Assembly: GCA_905178155.1 (NCBI GenBank)
Contig: CAJINV010000004.1
Span: 628,629-692,628, forward strand
DNA: 64,000 nt
From: Amoebophrya sp. A120
Lineage: Eukaryota > Protista > Dinoflagellata
Reading direction: 5' to 3'
The notes under the pieces are model-generated. The model made no database searches and was not told the DNA's origin. It saw only the letters and a list, made by a program, of their open reading frames with translations. Shown here piece by piece: positions 12,847 to 24,900 of this stretch (positions within the stretch are counted from its first letter, which is position 1; the number at the start of each line of letters is the position of its first letter). A program made the position numbers and the translations under genes.

Positions 12847-13759
12847 AGTACGAGCTACCCCTAGCATGGTCGGTCGGTGTTGTGAGCACGATGGCGATCA
12901 TTTTTGCATTTTTTCCCGTCCCCCCTAGCACGGCCTGACCGTGCTAGACAAGCAGCCAAAAAAAGCAACCCAGCTGCATTTTCGGCAGTTGCTGGCGGTT
13001 TTGCACTTTTTGCGCACGCTCCTAGCGCGGTCGGTGTGTGCGGGCAAAGCAGCGGAAAGTCGGAAGCCCCCGCCTCACTCTACTCGGGGTCGTATTTGCG
13101 CGGCCCACAGAAAAAAATATTTTTCGGGGAAATCCGCTACATATCTGATTTTCGCAAAACACAGGCGCTGGTAGCACGACAGGCGCCAAGTCGGCGCCTT
13201 TGCTCTCCAGGCGCTGGTAGATTTTTTTCAAGAAAGCGACGGCCCGGCTTGGCGCCGCTGCCAAGTCCGGACTGGGAGGCCGATCGCTGTTTGCCGTGTT
13301 CTCAGAGTGCCTATGTGGACGAAAATAAAGTGAGCATATATCCCAAAAATGGGCCGCGTATTTAGAAACGCATAGAAATTACTATATTTACGAGCCTGGA
13401 AGCGGGGCCATCGGGGCCCCGCTTCTATGGGCTCGCTGCTGCCGGACCGACCCGCCCCCGTGGTCGGCCCCGCTTTCAAAATCGAGAAAGCCAACGACAA
13501 TGCGCGGGGGGGGCCCGCGTTAGAAGTGCAGCCCGTCCGCTGCGCTGTCTGGGAAATACGAAAAAGCCGCGGCCCCGGGCCCGTCGGGGCCGCTCCGCCT
13601 CCGTTTTTTATTTTCGCAGGAGCTGGCTGTGAAATGCGCAAAATTGCTGCGCTTTTCGCAGGCCGCTCCGCCTTTGCTGGCTTTGGCAGGCCTGGCGATG
13701 ACAGGCAAGCAAGCGCGCGCCGTTGGCCACATAATTGACGCCCCCCCTGTGTTTCATGC

Positions 13760-16460
13760 ACAGCCTTGCTTTGCTTTGCGCAGCCTCGCTCTGCGCAGCC
13801 TTCGCCCTGTTTTTCTCGCTTTGCTTTTTCCGCTTTGCTTTTTTCGCTTCGCTTTGTCTGCTTTGCTTTTTCCGCCTTGCCTTTTTCGCTTCGCTTTGTT
13901 TGCTTTGCTTTTTTCGCTTCGCTTTGTTTGCTTTGATTTTTTCGCTTTTCTTTTTCCGCTTTGCCTTTTTCGCTTTGCCTTTTTCGCTTTGCGTATATTC
14001 GCTCTGCCTTTTTCGCCTTGCTTTTTTCGCTTCGCTTTTTTCGCTTTGCTTTTTCGCTTTGTTTTTCGCTCTGCTTTTTCGCTTTGCTTTTTCGCTCTGT
14101 TTGCGCGCTTTGCTTGTTCGCTTTTCTTGCCCGCTTTGCTTGCCCGCTTTGCCTGTTCGCTTTGCTTTTTCGCTTTGCTTGCTCGCTTTTCTTCTCGCTT
14201 TGCTTTTTCGTTTTGCTTTTTCGCGCTTCCTTGGATTCTTTTGCTTTCGCTTCTGGCTTTGCTTGGCGGCGTTTTGCTTGCGCAGCCGTCGCGCAGTCAC
14301 GTTTTTCGTCAACCACGTGCGACATTTTTTGAAATTAGTAAATCGCTAGTAGCAGGAGAACGCGTAGCGTAAGAAGGAGAGGCAGATCGGGACGCAGGTC
14401 CGAAAGCCGCGCCGCCTTCCGACCGCCCGGGTTGCGAGTTTGGCGAGCTCGCAACTACACCAAAGCCCGCTCGCAGCAGCCAGGCTCTTAACGAAATCGC
14501 TCGCCAGCCCTGAGAAAGCTTGCGCCCAAAGAAGCCCCCGAAGGCGTAGGCCCTTAAGACGTGGGGCCTTAAAGCGCACCCGTTTAGATCGCCGCCGGCC
14601 GCTTTGGTTTTTGCGCTAGTGCGTTGGCCTTTTCGCTTTTTGCTTTTAAGCGCCCCCCTTTTTGGCGCTTTGCTCTGTCGCGATTTGCTTTCTGGATGGG
14701 TGGCGCTTTGCTTTTTCGCGCTTTGCTTTTATTTTCGTTCCGCTTTGCTTTTTTATTTTTCCTGTGCCGGCTCTCAGCTTTAAACGCGTAGGCCTTAAGG
14801 GCTAGGCCCTTAAGAAAGCTCCTAAGGAAGCTCCTTAGGAGGCCGCTTAAGGCATACACCCTGAAGACATGGGGCCACAAAACGGGGCCGCTCAGAGCTT
14901 TGCTCCCGCTTTGCCTTTTTGCGCTTTGCTTTTTGGTGCTGAGCTTTTTGGCGCTCGCCTTTTTGATGCTTTGCCTTGTCGCGGTTTGCTTTCTCGTGCT
15001 TTTGTTTTTGGCGTTTTGCTTTTTCGTGCCGCTTTGTTTTCGGCGTTTTGCCTTTTCGCCTTGCGCTTTGTTTTGTTTTGCTTTGCTTTGCTTTGTTTTG
15101 TTTTGCTTTGTTTTGTTTTGTTTCTTGCTTTGCTTCTTGCTTTGCTTCTCGCTTTGCTTCTCGCTTTGCTTTTCGCTTTGCTTCTCGCTTTGCTTCTCGC
15201 TTTGCTTCTCGTTTTGCTTTTCGTTTGCCATTGCTTTGCGTTTTGCTTTTCCTTTCGCTGTGCCGCCTCTCAGATTTTAAAGGCCAGGCCTCAAGGGCTA
15301 GATCCTTAAGAAAGCTCCTAAGGAAGCTCCTGAGGAAGCCTCTGAAGGCGTAGGTCCTGAAGACGTGGGGCCTTAAGGCTTTAAGCCCGGCGTAGCCGCT
15401 CGCACCCTTTCGCTTTGGTTTATGCGCTTTGCTTTTTCCGCTTTGGTTTTTGGCGCTTTGCTGTTGGCGCTCTGCTTTTTCGCGCTTTGCTTTTGGCGCT
15501 TTGTTGTTGGCGCTCTGCTTTTTCGCGCTTTGCTTTTGGCGCTTTGCTTTCGGCGCTTTGCTTTTGGCGCTTTGATTTTTGGCGCTTTGGTTTTTGGCGC
15601 TTTGCTTTTTCGCTTTGCTTTTTCGCTTTGCTTTTTCGCTTTGCTTTTTCGCTTTGCTTTGCTTTTTCGCTTTGCTTTTTCGCTTTGCTTTTTCGCTTTG
15701 CTTTTGGCGCTTTGCTTTTTTGCCGCCTTGCTGTTTGCGCTCTTCTTTTTCGCGCTTTGCTTTCAGCGCTTTGCTTCTGGCGCTTTGCTTTTGGCGCTTT
15801 GCTTTTGGCGCTTTGCTTTTGGCGCTTCCTTTGGTTTTTTTCGGGTTGCGACTTTGGCAAAGTCGCAACCAACGGCAACCACAACCAGAGACCAAAACCC
15901 GCTCGCAGCAGCCAAGCTCTTAACGAAATCTCTCCGCCGCCCTGAGAAAGCTCCGCAAGAAGCCTCCGAAGGCGTAGGCCCTTAAGACGTGGGGCCTTGC
16001 GCCCGCTTTGGTTTTTGCGATGCCTTGCCTGTTCGCTTTTTGCTTTGCTTTTTCGCTTGCGCCGTGCCTGCCCTCCCCTTTAAGCTAGCGCCTAGGCCTT
16101 ACGGGCTGCGTCCTACCTTAAGGCAGCTCCTTAGCAAGCCCCTTAGGAAGGCCCTTAGGAAGCCCCTTAAGGCGCTTTGCTTTTTGTTTTTGGCGTTGCT
16201 TTTGCCTTTTCGCCTTGCGCTTTGCTTTCTTTTGCTTTGGTTTGCTTTGCCAGCTTTGCGCTCCTTAGGAAGCTCCTAAGGAAGCTCCTAAGGAGCCCTC
16301 AGGAGCTCCCTTAAGCGAGAACGCCTTAAGCGGGAACGCCTAAAGGCGTACCTTCTTAAGCGGGGACGCCTTAAGATAATTTCGCTTCAGGCTTTTTCTT
16401 AGCGCGCCCTCTTAGGAGACGCCCTGCGTAAGGAAGCTTCCTTAGGAGCTTCCTTAGGAG
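13760..16460. repeat. Degenerate (TTTGC/TTTCGC)n microsatellite with CCTTAAG/CCTTAGG motif blocks
   Basis: T-rich 5-6-bp units; duplicated segment ~14428-14575 vs ~15842-15995; the long K/A- and F/L-rich ORFs are translations of the repeat. Confidence 0.85.
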
Positions 16461-16504
16461 CGAAAAAATCTTTGCCGCTATTATTATACTACACACGGAA
16501 GAAA

Positions 16505-17022
16505 ACGGGGCCGGAGAGGTTCCGGTAGAGTGTGGGGAGAGGTTGCCTGCGTAGAGGTAAAGTAGAGGGTCGGGAAAAAATAGAGGGTCGGGGAGAGGTA
16601 AGGCGAGAGGTAAAGGAGAGGGTAGGGCGCGGGTGGGTAGTACGTCGGCCCGTATAGCGGCGCTATACGCCCGAAGAGGGTAGGTAGAGGGTGGACAGAG
16701 GTAAAATAGAGGGTAGGGGGAGAGGGTCGAGAGGGTCAGAGAGGGCGCGTAGTATAGGGTGACCCTCTACCCCGACCCTCTCCGGGGCCCTCTATTTTAC
16801 CTCTCGGCGGGCCCTCTCGGGACCTCTCCGACCCTCTCCAGGACCCTCTCCGGGACCCTCTCCGAACCTCTCCCGGAACCTCTCTGACCCTCTCCCCGAC
16901 CCTCTCCCCGACCCTCTCCCCGACCCTCTCCCCGACCCTCTCCCCGACCCTCTCCCCGACCCTCTCCCCGACCCTCTCCTCGACCCTCTCCCGGAACCTC
17001 TTCCGGAACCTCTTCCGGAACC
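16505..17022. repeat. Fold-back purine/pyrimidine repeat with 12-bp tandem GACCCTCTCCCC
   Basis: GAGAGGG-rich left arm flips to a CCCTCTC-rich right arm near 16760; about 9 tandem 12-mers at ~16886-16992. Confidence 0.8.
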
Positions 17023-18957
17023 GCCGGCCCCCCCAATGCAGTTCGCCCGCCTGCGCGCAGTGCCTGCGTCTTAAAGTAGGAGCGAAACCAGCAGGGGCCT
17101 AAAGCTTATGGCCTGCAGATCTTTTGACTCTCTACAGACCGGGGCGGCTGTTCAAAGTGAGCGCGCCGCTCTGCGTCCCCCGGGCGGGGGGGGGGCGCGG
17201 CGCCACGCCTTAACGTAGGCGGCCACCTAGGGTGGCCGCAACTTCACACAACGCCCGCGCGCGGGCAACAGGTGCGGCGTCTTTGTAGCGCCGTGGACGT
17301 GCTTGCAGCCAAAGTAGCGAAAATCAGTCTTGCTGTGCCCGTTGTCTATTTCGCACGCACTTGCGAGCCCCGCGGCGTGCTCGCCATTTAAGCTTATTCC
17401 AGCTCGCTACTCTTTGGAGGCGCTCCGCCCTCTTGTTCAGGGCGCACGCCTCCAACAGGCTACCCCTCCAAGAAAGGCCGCCATCAAGCTCCGGCCCCGG
17501 GCGCTGCTTTTTTCGGAAACAAAGAACGCAGGCCGCCGCGGTATCGCTGCGCGTGTGCGCTGCGCTTTCTGGGCCAAACCCCTCAGAGCGGCCGGCGCGG
17601 CCCCGACTGCCTTTATGGCTACGCAGCGGCGCGCTACCCTTGGCCCCACCTGACCCACCGGCACACCTCCCCCGAACAGCCTCCCTCCCCGGCGGCCTCC
17701 GCCGGGGGGTGGCTGGTTGGATCTAAATGCTCAACTTTTTGGATATGTAGCCACTTTCTCGCCTGCGTGTGTGCTACTAGCACGCGGCGGCTGATATTGA
17801 GTCGCCCCGGAGTTGGTGCGGGAGCTTTGCACTATTTGCGGACCGTGAGGGGTGCTGATAGTGCCTACGAATGCAAGAAGTTGGATACTTGTCATCCTCT
17901 TTCTCGCGTTCATTCAGATCGTAAAGAGTCGCTAACAGACGCGACTCGAGCTGATGAATTGCGACACCCGCGCAGCTGATAAGCGTGAAAGTCAAATAGT
18001 GTCCCAGTGACCGCGAAGGTCACTCGGGTAGCCCTATGGTTCGTGCGTTGAGTCACCCGCCCGCCCATCCCTGTGATAGCGAGGCGGTATTGATTCGAGG
18101 CCAGCACGCGCGTGCGTTGCTGTTCGTGTCCAAAAGATCCTGAGACTGGAGCGCTTGTGCGCGCTTAGTGGGAAGCAGTGCGCGCGCCTCGAAATCATTG
18201 CAAAAGGCGTGCACTACTCACGACCGCACCTCGTCCACAGATTGCATGCACTCTTCCCGACGTCTGCTTGACTTGACTACATGGACCGCCCCGCTGGGCC
18301 TCAGCTAAGAACAGTTGCGAGGGCGTGACTATGCACAGAGCGACGAGGTGGTGCACAAGGAACAAAGCGCGGTCACAGAGTGCAACTGTAAAGACTAAGA
18401 ACCGCGATCGCCTCGAATTGAAATGATGCTGCTTCCGACCTGACGCGCGGCCTTGCCAGCTCGCCTTCACACTGTCGCATCGCATCGGAGATCCGGGAGC
18501 GCTTGACTCGGACACTCCACGTTCGTGCGAGCGTTTCCTAGATGTGTGGAGGACGACCTCGCGGGACGTGCTCGCCCTGTGCTCTTACCGCTGATGTCCT
18601 TCGCCGTTACACACGAGCGAAGCATGAGCACGCTTATAGTTCCGAGCAGCAGGATCGGGAGTTGGTTCATCAATGGCGCTATTGGCATTTGGCCAGTGTT
18701 GTTCGCTGGCAGGCCCGGTCATTGTCGTGCAGCTACAACAAGCAAACACACCCCACAAAAATCGCCTATATAGCCGATTTCCGCGAGAATTTTTTTCGTT
18801 GTCAGTGGCCGCGCAAATATAACTCGGCCGCGTGGGCTGCTGCTATTTCGCAGCTGTTCAAGGTTGGGGCCTCGTTTTTTTGATGCTAGAAATCGCGCGG
18901 CTTCGCGATCAAATCCGCACCATAATCAAACTGGCACGGCGCGACCGTGCTAGCTAG

Positions 18958-19608
18958 TACAAGTACTATAAATATAGGCATGAAACATTTTGCAATTTTC
19001 CGACCATACACGCAGTCCTGCCGGACTATACCAGAACGCTCTTGCGTCTGCGCTCCCGTTTGGGCCTCCTCCTGCTTGGTGAGGCTGACGATGTGCGGCA
19101 GAATCTCGTCGTAGAGAGCGAAGTTGATTATGAGCGCGAGGCCCCCTCGTACCAGGTGTACTGGGGAGCACCCCAGAAGCACCACGACAGCAAGCACGAC
19201 GCATTCCAGGAAAGAGAGCAACTCAAGATGTACACTCGGTTTGTGTTGCAGCAATTTTTCGGGCTCGTAGAGATGAAACACAACGACAACCCGACATCAC
19301 CATCCCACTACCTCGAACGGTATCACAATCCGAAGCCGGAGATGGTCGAGCATGAGCCAGCTGACACGAGGCTGGTCAAGATAGCGACTCATCTCAGCAC
19401 TGACTTGTACACGGACGAGATGACAAAAATCGACGACCCCACGTTGCCCGGTCAACTTCGGGAGATGATCGCGAATGGTGCTCATTCTATCTCCGAAGAA
19501 AGTACCCAAACGATAAAGCATCATGACTCTAGCGATGAATCGATAGCGTCAACAAGCAGCAGCAGCGCGGCGGCACCGCAGCACGGAAGGCACCGAGGGG
19601 CACCATAG
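18958..19608 (+). CDS. Hypothetical coding segment (start unresolved; possible pseudogene)
   Basis: Frame open from 18958 to 19608 with protein-like composition; an in-frame ATG at 18883 is separated from it by a single TAG at 18955-57. Confidence 0.35.
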   Translation, partial: YKYYKYRHETFCNFPTIHAVLPDYTRTLLRLRSRLGLLLLGEADDVRQNLVVESEVDYEREAPSYQVYWGAPQKHHDSKHDAFQEREQLKMYTRFVLQQFFGLVEMKHNDNPTSPSHYLERYHNPKPEMVEHEPADTRLVKIATHLSTDLYTDEMTKIDDPTLPGQLREMIANGAHSISEESTQTIKHHDSSDESIASTSSSSAAAPQHGRHRGAP

Positions 19609-21909
19609 AGAAAAGTAGAACAACAGGGCAATGAAGACGCCTGCTTAGGAAAAGAGCTTCATCCCTTCGGGGGTGGCGCGAAGGCATTTTTGGACGCAAG
19701 TGGGCGAATATACAATAGCAGAACAAAGCAAGACGCGTCGCGGCGCAGTTGCTGTAGCAGCTGCATGAAGATTCGCGGTCGTTATGGTTTCTTTGCGAAA
19801 AACGAGTGGCGCCTGTCGCAGTGGAGTGGTGCCACCTTTGAGCGCTGTCGAGCAAAGCCCAGCCAAAGTGCTCACATTCCAGTTATTTGCTTCGTCCCTG
19901 TGTATGATTACAAGTCTGCTCATCTTCCTGGGCAGAGACAGCCTATCAGCGTCGTACCTAGTACTCGCGCAATGGATACAGGAAGCGAGAGCGAATGCAG
20001 GTGATGCAGTAGCGTCATCTTGCCCCCTGTCATTGATTTTTTTTTTTTCAACGGTTACGTTTGCAGCAGATTTGTTTTAGCGACTTTCCCTCACAATGTT
20101 CCAGGCGAGAACGGGACAATGAGGACGTAGAGCGGATTTCGAAGCCCAAGGCGCCGATGAACGAAATATGTTTAAACGCTCACGAGCTTTTTTCTCGTTT
20201 TTTTTGCATCAATTTCCAAAAATACTAGTATACGCAGCCTGTCGCTAATATGAGTATGACCTATACGGACCGCGTAAAGTCTTTGCTTTACCTTTTGCTG
20301 TGGTGGAAACAAAGTATCGCTGCTACTAACAGTAACAGCCCTGTTCTGGCGTAAGAGCACCTGCCCTGCAGCTGTTCCATCATTAATCTACCACGTCGGG
20401 ACTAGTTTGATTTGTCCCTGCTTGTATTCCGATGAGCAATCTTCTGCTCGTGCTATGTCATGTCGGTACTTGCAAACGGCATCAGCTCCTTGAGCAGTTT
20501 TGTAAAGTATCGGTGTCATTGAATGGGTTGGGCATGGTGCCGTGCGTCGGTGGTACATGGACGATGCAAAGTCTCACTATTCTGGGGCCGTAGATGAAAT
20601 GGTATGAAGATAAACGCACTCACAGACAGCACACATTTTCGCTTCGGCTTCCGTCTGGAATTCTATATTTTTCGTATTACCGGGCACATACGAAACAAAG
20701 CAGCATAGTTGTATAAACTGTCGAAAAGACGGCGTTGTCTTTTCCCTCGCCTCTTCTTTATTGCAGCTTCGCTTACGAAGACCACAGTCAGAAGTGAGGG
20801 GAGAAGGTCGTGGGAATCGAAAATCGGTATTCGTTGACGCGTTTTAGGAAGTCACCAGCACCACCAGCCGGACTTTTTTAGTATCGGGCTTTGACGCGAT
20901 GGCTCTGAGGATGCAGCTGGGACGTCGGGCAATATTGAATTGCGCATAATATTAAGTACATCCTTATTCGAGTTTCGTTCCTATATTATGGAAGCGGAAT
21001 TCGGATAGAATTAGAAATCGGATGGGGTTCAGCTGGAATTTGTTCGGATTCCGTTCGAATTTGGCTGGATCGGTTTTGGGAGGAGGCAATCCGAGAACGC
21101 CCGCATTGCGATCTGAGACCGTGGACAAAGGTATGGATTGCTGGGCGCGCGCTGCCGCGCGCGCTCCTACCCGGGCGGCATTTAGTGCTCCTTTTGGTCG
21201 TCATTCCGTGCTGGGTTTTCGCTGGTGTGGTCAGCTGTGTTTTGTGCGGTCGCACTGCAGCCGGTGGCTTGGTTGGGTTGAGGGGTTGTCACTGGTGCTG
21301 CCGATCCTTTTCATGCAGCCGTAGTATGATGTTGTTAGAATGCTTGCCTCCTGCGCGCCGGCCTTTCTCGCGTGCGCAGCTGAAGGCGCTGCGCATGCAG
21401 GAGCGCCGGTGGCGGGGGCCGGCGTGCGTCTGTCATTATAACGGAAGCGCTTCTGCTCAAAAATGGTACTACCGCCCACCTTCCATCATTTTCATTCGTG
21501 AAGGCTCGTTTACGTTAACTACACTTAAAAGTGACGGGAGGGGGTGGAAATCGGAGTCGATATCTATTCGTAGAAGGGTTTCTGGTTTTATTGGAAGAAC
21601 GTCAACAGCAGCAGGCTGAGCTTCTTACTATCGGGCTAGGACATGATGTTTCTGGGAAGGTAAGGACGTCGAGTATTTGATTTTGCACATAAACTGCGAG
21701 TGCAGAAGAGGGGCACTTGTCTTCGGAGGTCGTTTTTCCTTGATGTCATTAACCTAGCAGACACAGCAAGCACGAAAGCAGCTTGACATGCGGGTGCGGC
21801 TGTGCCGTCAATGATACTGAAACGTTCGAGGATGTAGATTCTCCTGTAGAAAAAATTTTTCTTTACTTAGTGAAATTATCAGAAAAAGGAAAAGCACAAC
21901 ACACAAACC

Positions 21910-24900
21910 ATGTCCAGCGAGGTGTTGGAGCACGAACGCCGGTCCTCACGACGCGAGGAGGAACTCCCGCCGGAAACTGGAGACGGTCTATCAAGGACAA
22001 AAATCCCCCCTCCCCATATCAAAACAAAGTTCCTGATGCTGAATTCGCGTACTTACACAATTGCGCTCTGTCTTGCTGTAAGGTATTGCGGCCAGATCCT
22101 CCGCCTAGATAGTGGCGTCTGGGTCTAGTTGTTTAGCACGGCAAACGGCTGCCCTCCAACTGGCCCAACAGCATGCCAAATCCCTTCCATAATGGAGGGG
22201 AACCCTCTGCGCTTGTCTTCTTGCAAGACAAACCTGATTTGTGGGATTTGTGAACACAAATCAGCAACGCAAATTTTCGGAAATAACCCACCTTTTCAAT
22301 AAATGGGGAGGGGAAATTTTTCTTTCCAATACGGTGAACTTCTTCCTTCCTGCCACGAGTGGCGAGAGATCCGGCACGAGGCGAGCAACCGTACGTACTA
22401 CTGGAACGTCCGCAATAACGTCACCGACTGGGTGAATCCAAGTACGAAACCTGCGCCCAGGTCGGTGCCCTTGCCGGAAGGGTGGATGGCATCTGGTCCA
22501 CTCGCTGCAGGAGGCAACGGTGGAGTGATAAGCAGAGCAAGCAGCTCCTCATCGCTTCTATCCTCCAGCTCCTCGTCTAGTTCTTCCCACAGCAGCGTTG
22601 GGGCGCGGACGGAGACAAAAACCGCCTACGTGTTCAACAACCTCTGTCAACAAAGTGAGAAGCCCTTCCGCCTCGAAAACGGCTGGACCTACGCCTGGTC
22701 GCCGAACACACACAGTTTGTACTACCAGCGAATCGCCGCCATCGAGGAACCGGCTACTGTGAGGAAAAATCCCCCCTCCCCATACCAAAAGGAGGCACCA
22801 CTGAAAATTTGTGATGCTGATTTGTGACCACAAATCGTCCATGTATTGCAAGAGGGCAAAGACAGAGAATCAGGCGCGTTTGGCAGGCACTTTGTAATGC
22901 TATATCGCCTACAGACGATGCGCCTGCCTTGCTAGGCGCCTACAGCAAAACGCCCCTGCTCAGGCACTGCATCTGCCTGCAGTCCTCTACTGCTAGACAG
23001 ATTGGATTTGTGTACACAAATCCCGCATCACAGATTTCCGTTTTGATATGGGGAGGGGGCATTTTTCACTTTGATACCGGCGCCATACGACTTCGAAGCT
23101 TCGAAAATGAAAGCTGGAGCAGCGAAGTTGCACGGTGCGGTCGCCTATCCCCTGCAAAACTAGTATCGCAATTGTAATAATCATAAATGCCAGTGGTCTA
23201 GCATGCCAGATCTCCTGCTTTTTTTCCTTAATCTTCATGAAAATTTTGGCTTTCTTATTCTTCCTAAGAAAATTTTTGCCCATGCGATTTGTAGAACGTA
23301 CGATATCGATACTTTTCCATTGTATACGGTCGCGGGGTCGGCATCTTCACACCAAGACAACTCGGCAAAATCGACAAAAACCTGCTCGGTAAATTCTGCA
23401 ACGGAATATGGATTTTTGCAATACACGTATAGGTCTCCTGGTGGAAGATTCAGATTGCATATTTGTCACCTTGTTTCACTTGACATGCATGGCTGATGTA
23501 GCGGTTGTGATACATATCCACGAATTTGCGATCTTTTTTGTTGCATGCAAAAATAGCAAATACCGAGCACGTAGCGGCTCTAAAACTTGTGATGCTTGGC
23601 TGTGGATTGCAGAGAAGCAGGAAAGTGACTATCCTTCAACACGATCTAGTTCGTACTACATCCAACTTTCCAGAGCCAGTAGACATATTTGCACTTGATA
23701 CACATACGGGAGCCGGCGGAGCAACAACAAGATCCGGTGCCACAGAAGACCTTCGCGAGCATCTATCACGTCAAGAAACGTCCCCGCCTGCCCAACGTTC
23801 TCATGCAGAATGGCATCTAGTGCGCATCCCCATTACAAACGATATTTGTAGTCGTGTTTTGAAGATGGCCTTTGTAATGCTACAAAGTCGAAGAGGATAA
23901 GCGGAGGGCCTTATTGTCATGTGGCTGCCCTTGCAAAGAACGAGAACCTGATTTACACTACAGACTGCAACAGGTCACGCGTGACTCGTCCCAAAACTTC
24001 CAGGTTTGTGCTGCAAGTAGAGCGTTGTTCTCATCTTGACGCAGGGGTCGAGGTGGGGACGTTGCTTTTACATAGGATAGCGTCAGCGCCAGAGCCAGCC
24101 ATTGCCAAAGTTACGGTGTCATCCGTGGCGCTCGATCGTCGACGAGAAGAGCGGGATATCAAATGCGAAAATGTCTGGGTCTGGAAGAATGCAAGATTTG
24201 TCATGCATATTTCTCATGACCCATGATGCCTGTATTGCATGACCTAGCATCGCAGACTTTTAGAGGGCTTCCCGATGCACTTTCCGCATGAGAAATGCCC
24301 TGTCCGTGTAGCACAAAGGGCGCCTCTCTGGCTGGGCATGCAATACAAATTTTTTAGTGTCTAAAAACAGCATGACAAGTTCCATTCTTCCAGACCCATA
24401 CATTTTTACGATTTGATGCGGGAAGGTGTATTACTGGCACTCCGCGACGAAGAAAACGCAGTGGAATCCGCCCGTGCCAGAGGGACCGCGGATCCTCGCT
24501 TCCTCCTCCTCCTCCTCCCCGGATGGAAGCACGATATGGATTGCAAATATGTCATCTGGGTCTGGAACACTGCACCTTGTCATGCTAACTCTGGACCGTG
24601 CAAACAAACATCTGTGTTGTATGACGATAAAGATATGCCAAAAGTTGCTACCTATTTTTGAGCAAGTTGGAAGACAATGTCTCGCGCAGGACACCAAGCA
24701 TGACGAAGCCAAAGCCCTCACATCAGAGTCTGTCTTGCAAGGCTTCGAATTTTAGACCTCATCATGGGGCATGGGAAACCTGCATGACAAACCTACGACC
24801 GACTTTCCAACGGACCCAGACATAACATTTGCCCTGCATACACGAGCAGCGTCGACACCGATTCTACCCACTCGTGTGAAATTCCAGATCAAGGCCAAAA

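Noticed and set aside
13228-15985. Long K/A/S-rich and F/L/A-rich ORFs (histone H1-like or membrane-like)
   Set aside because: Open in several frames on both strands because the microsatellite lacks stop codons.
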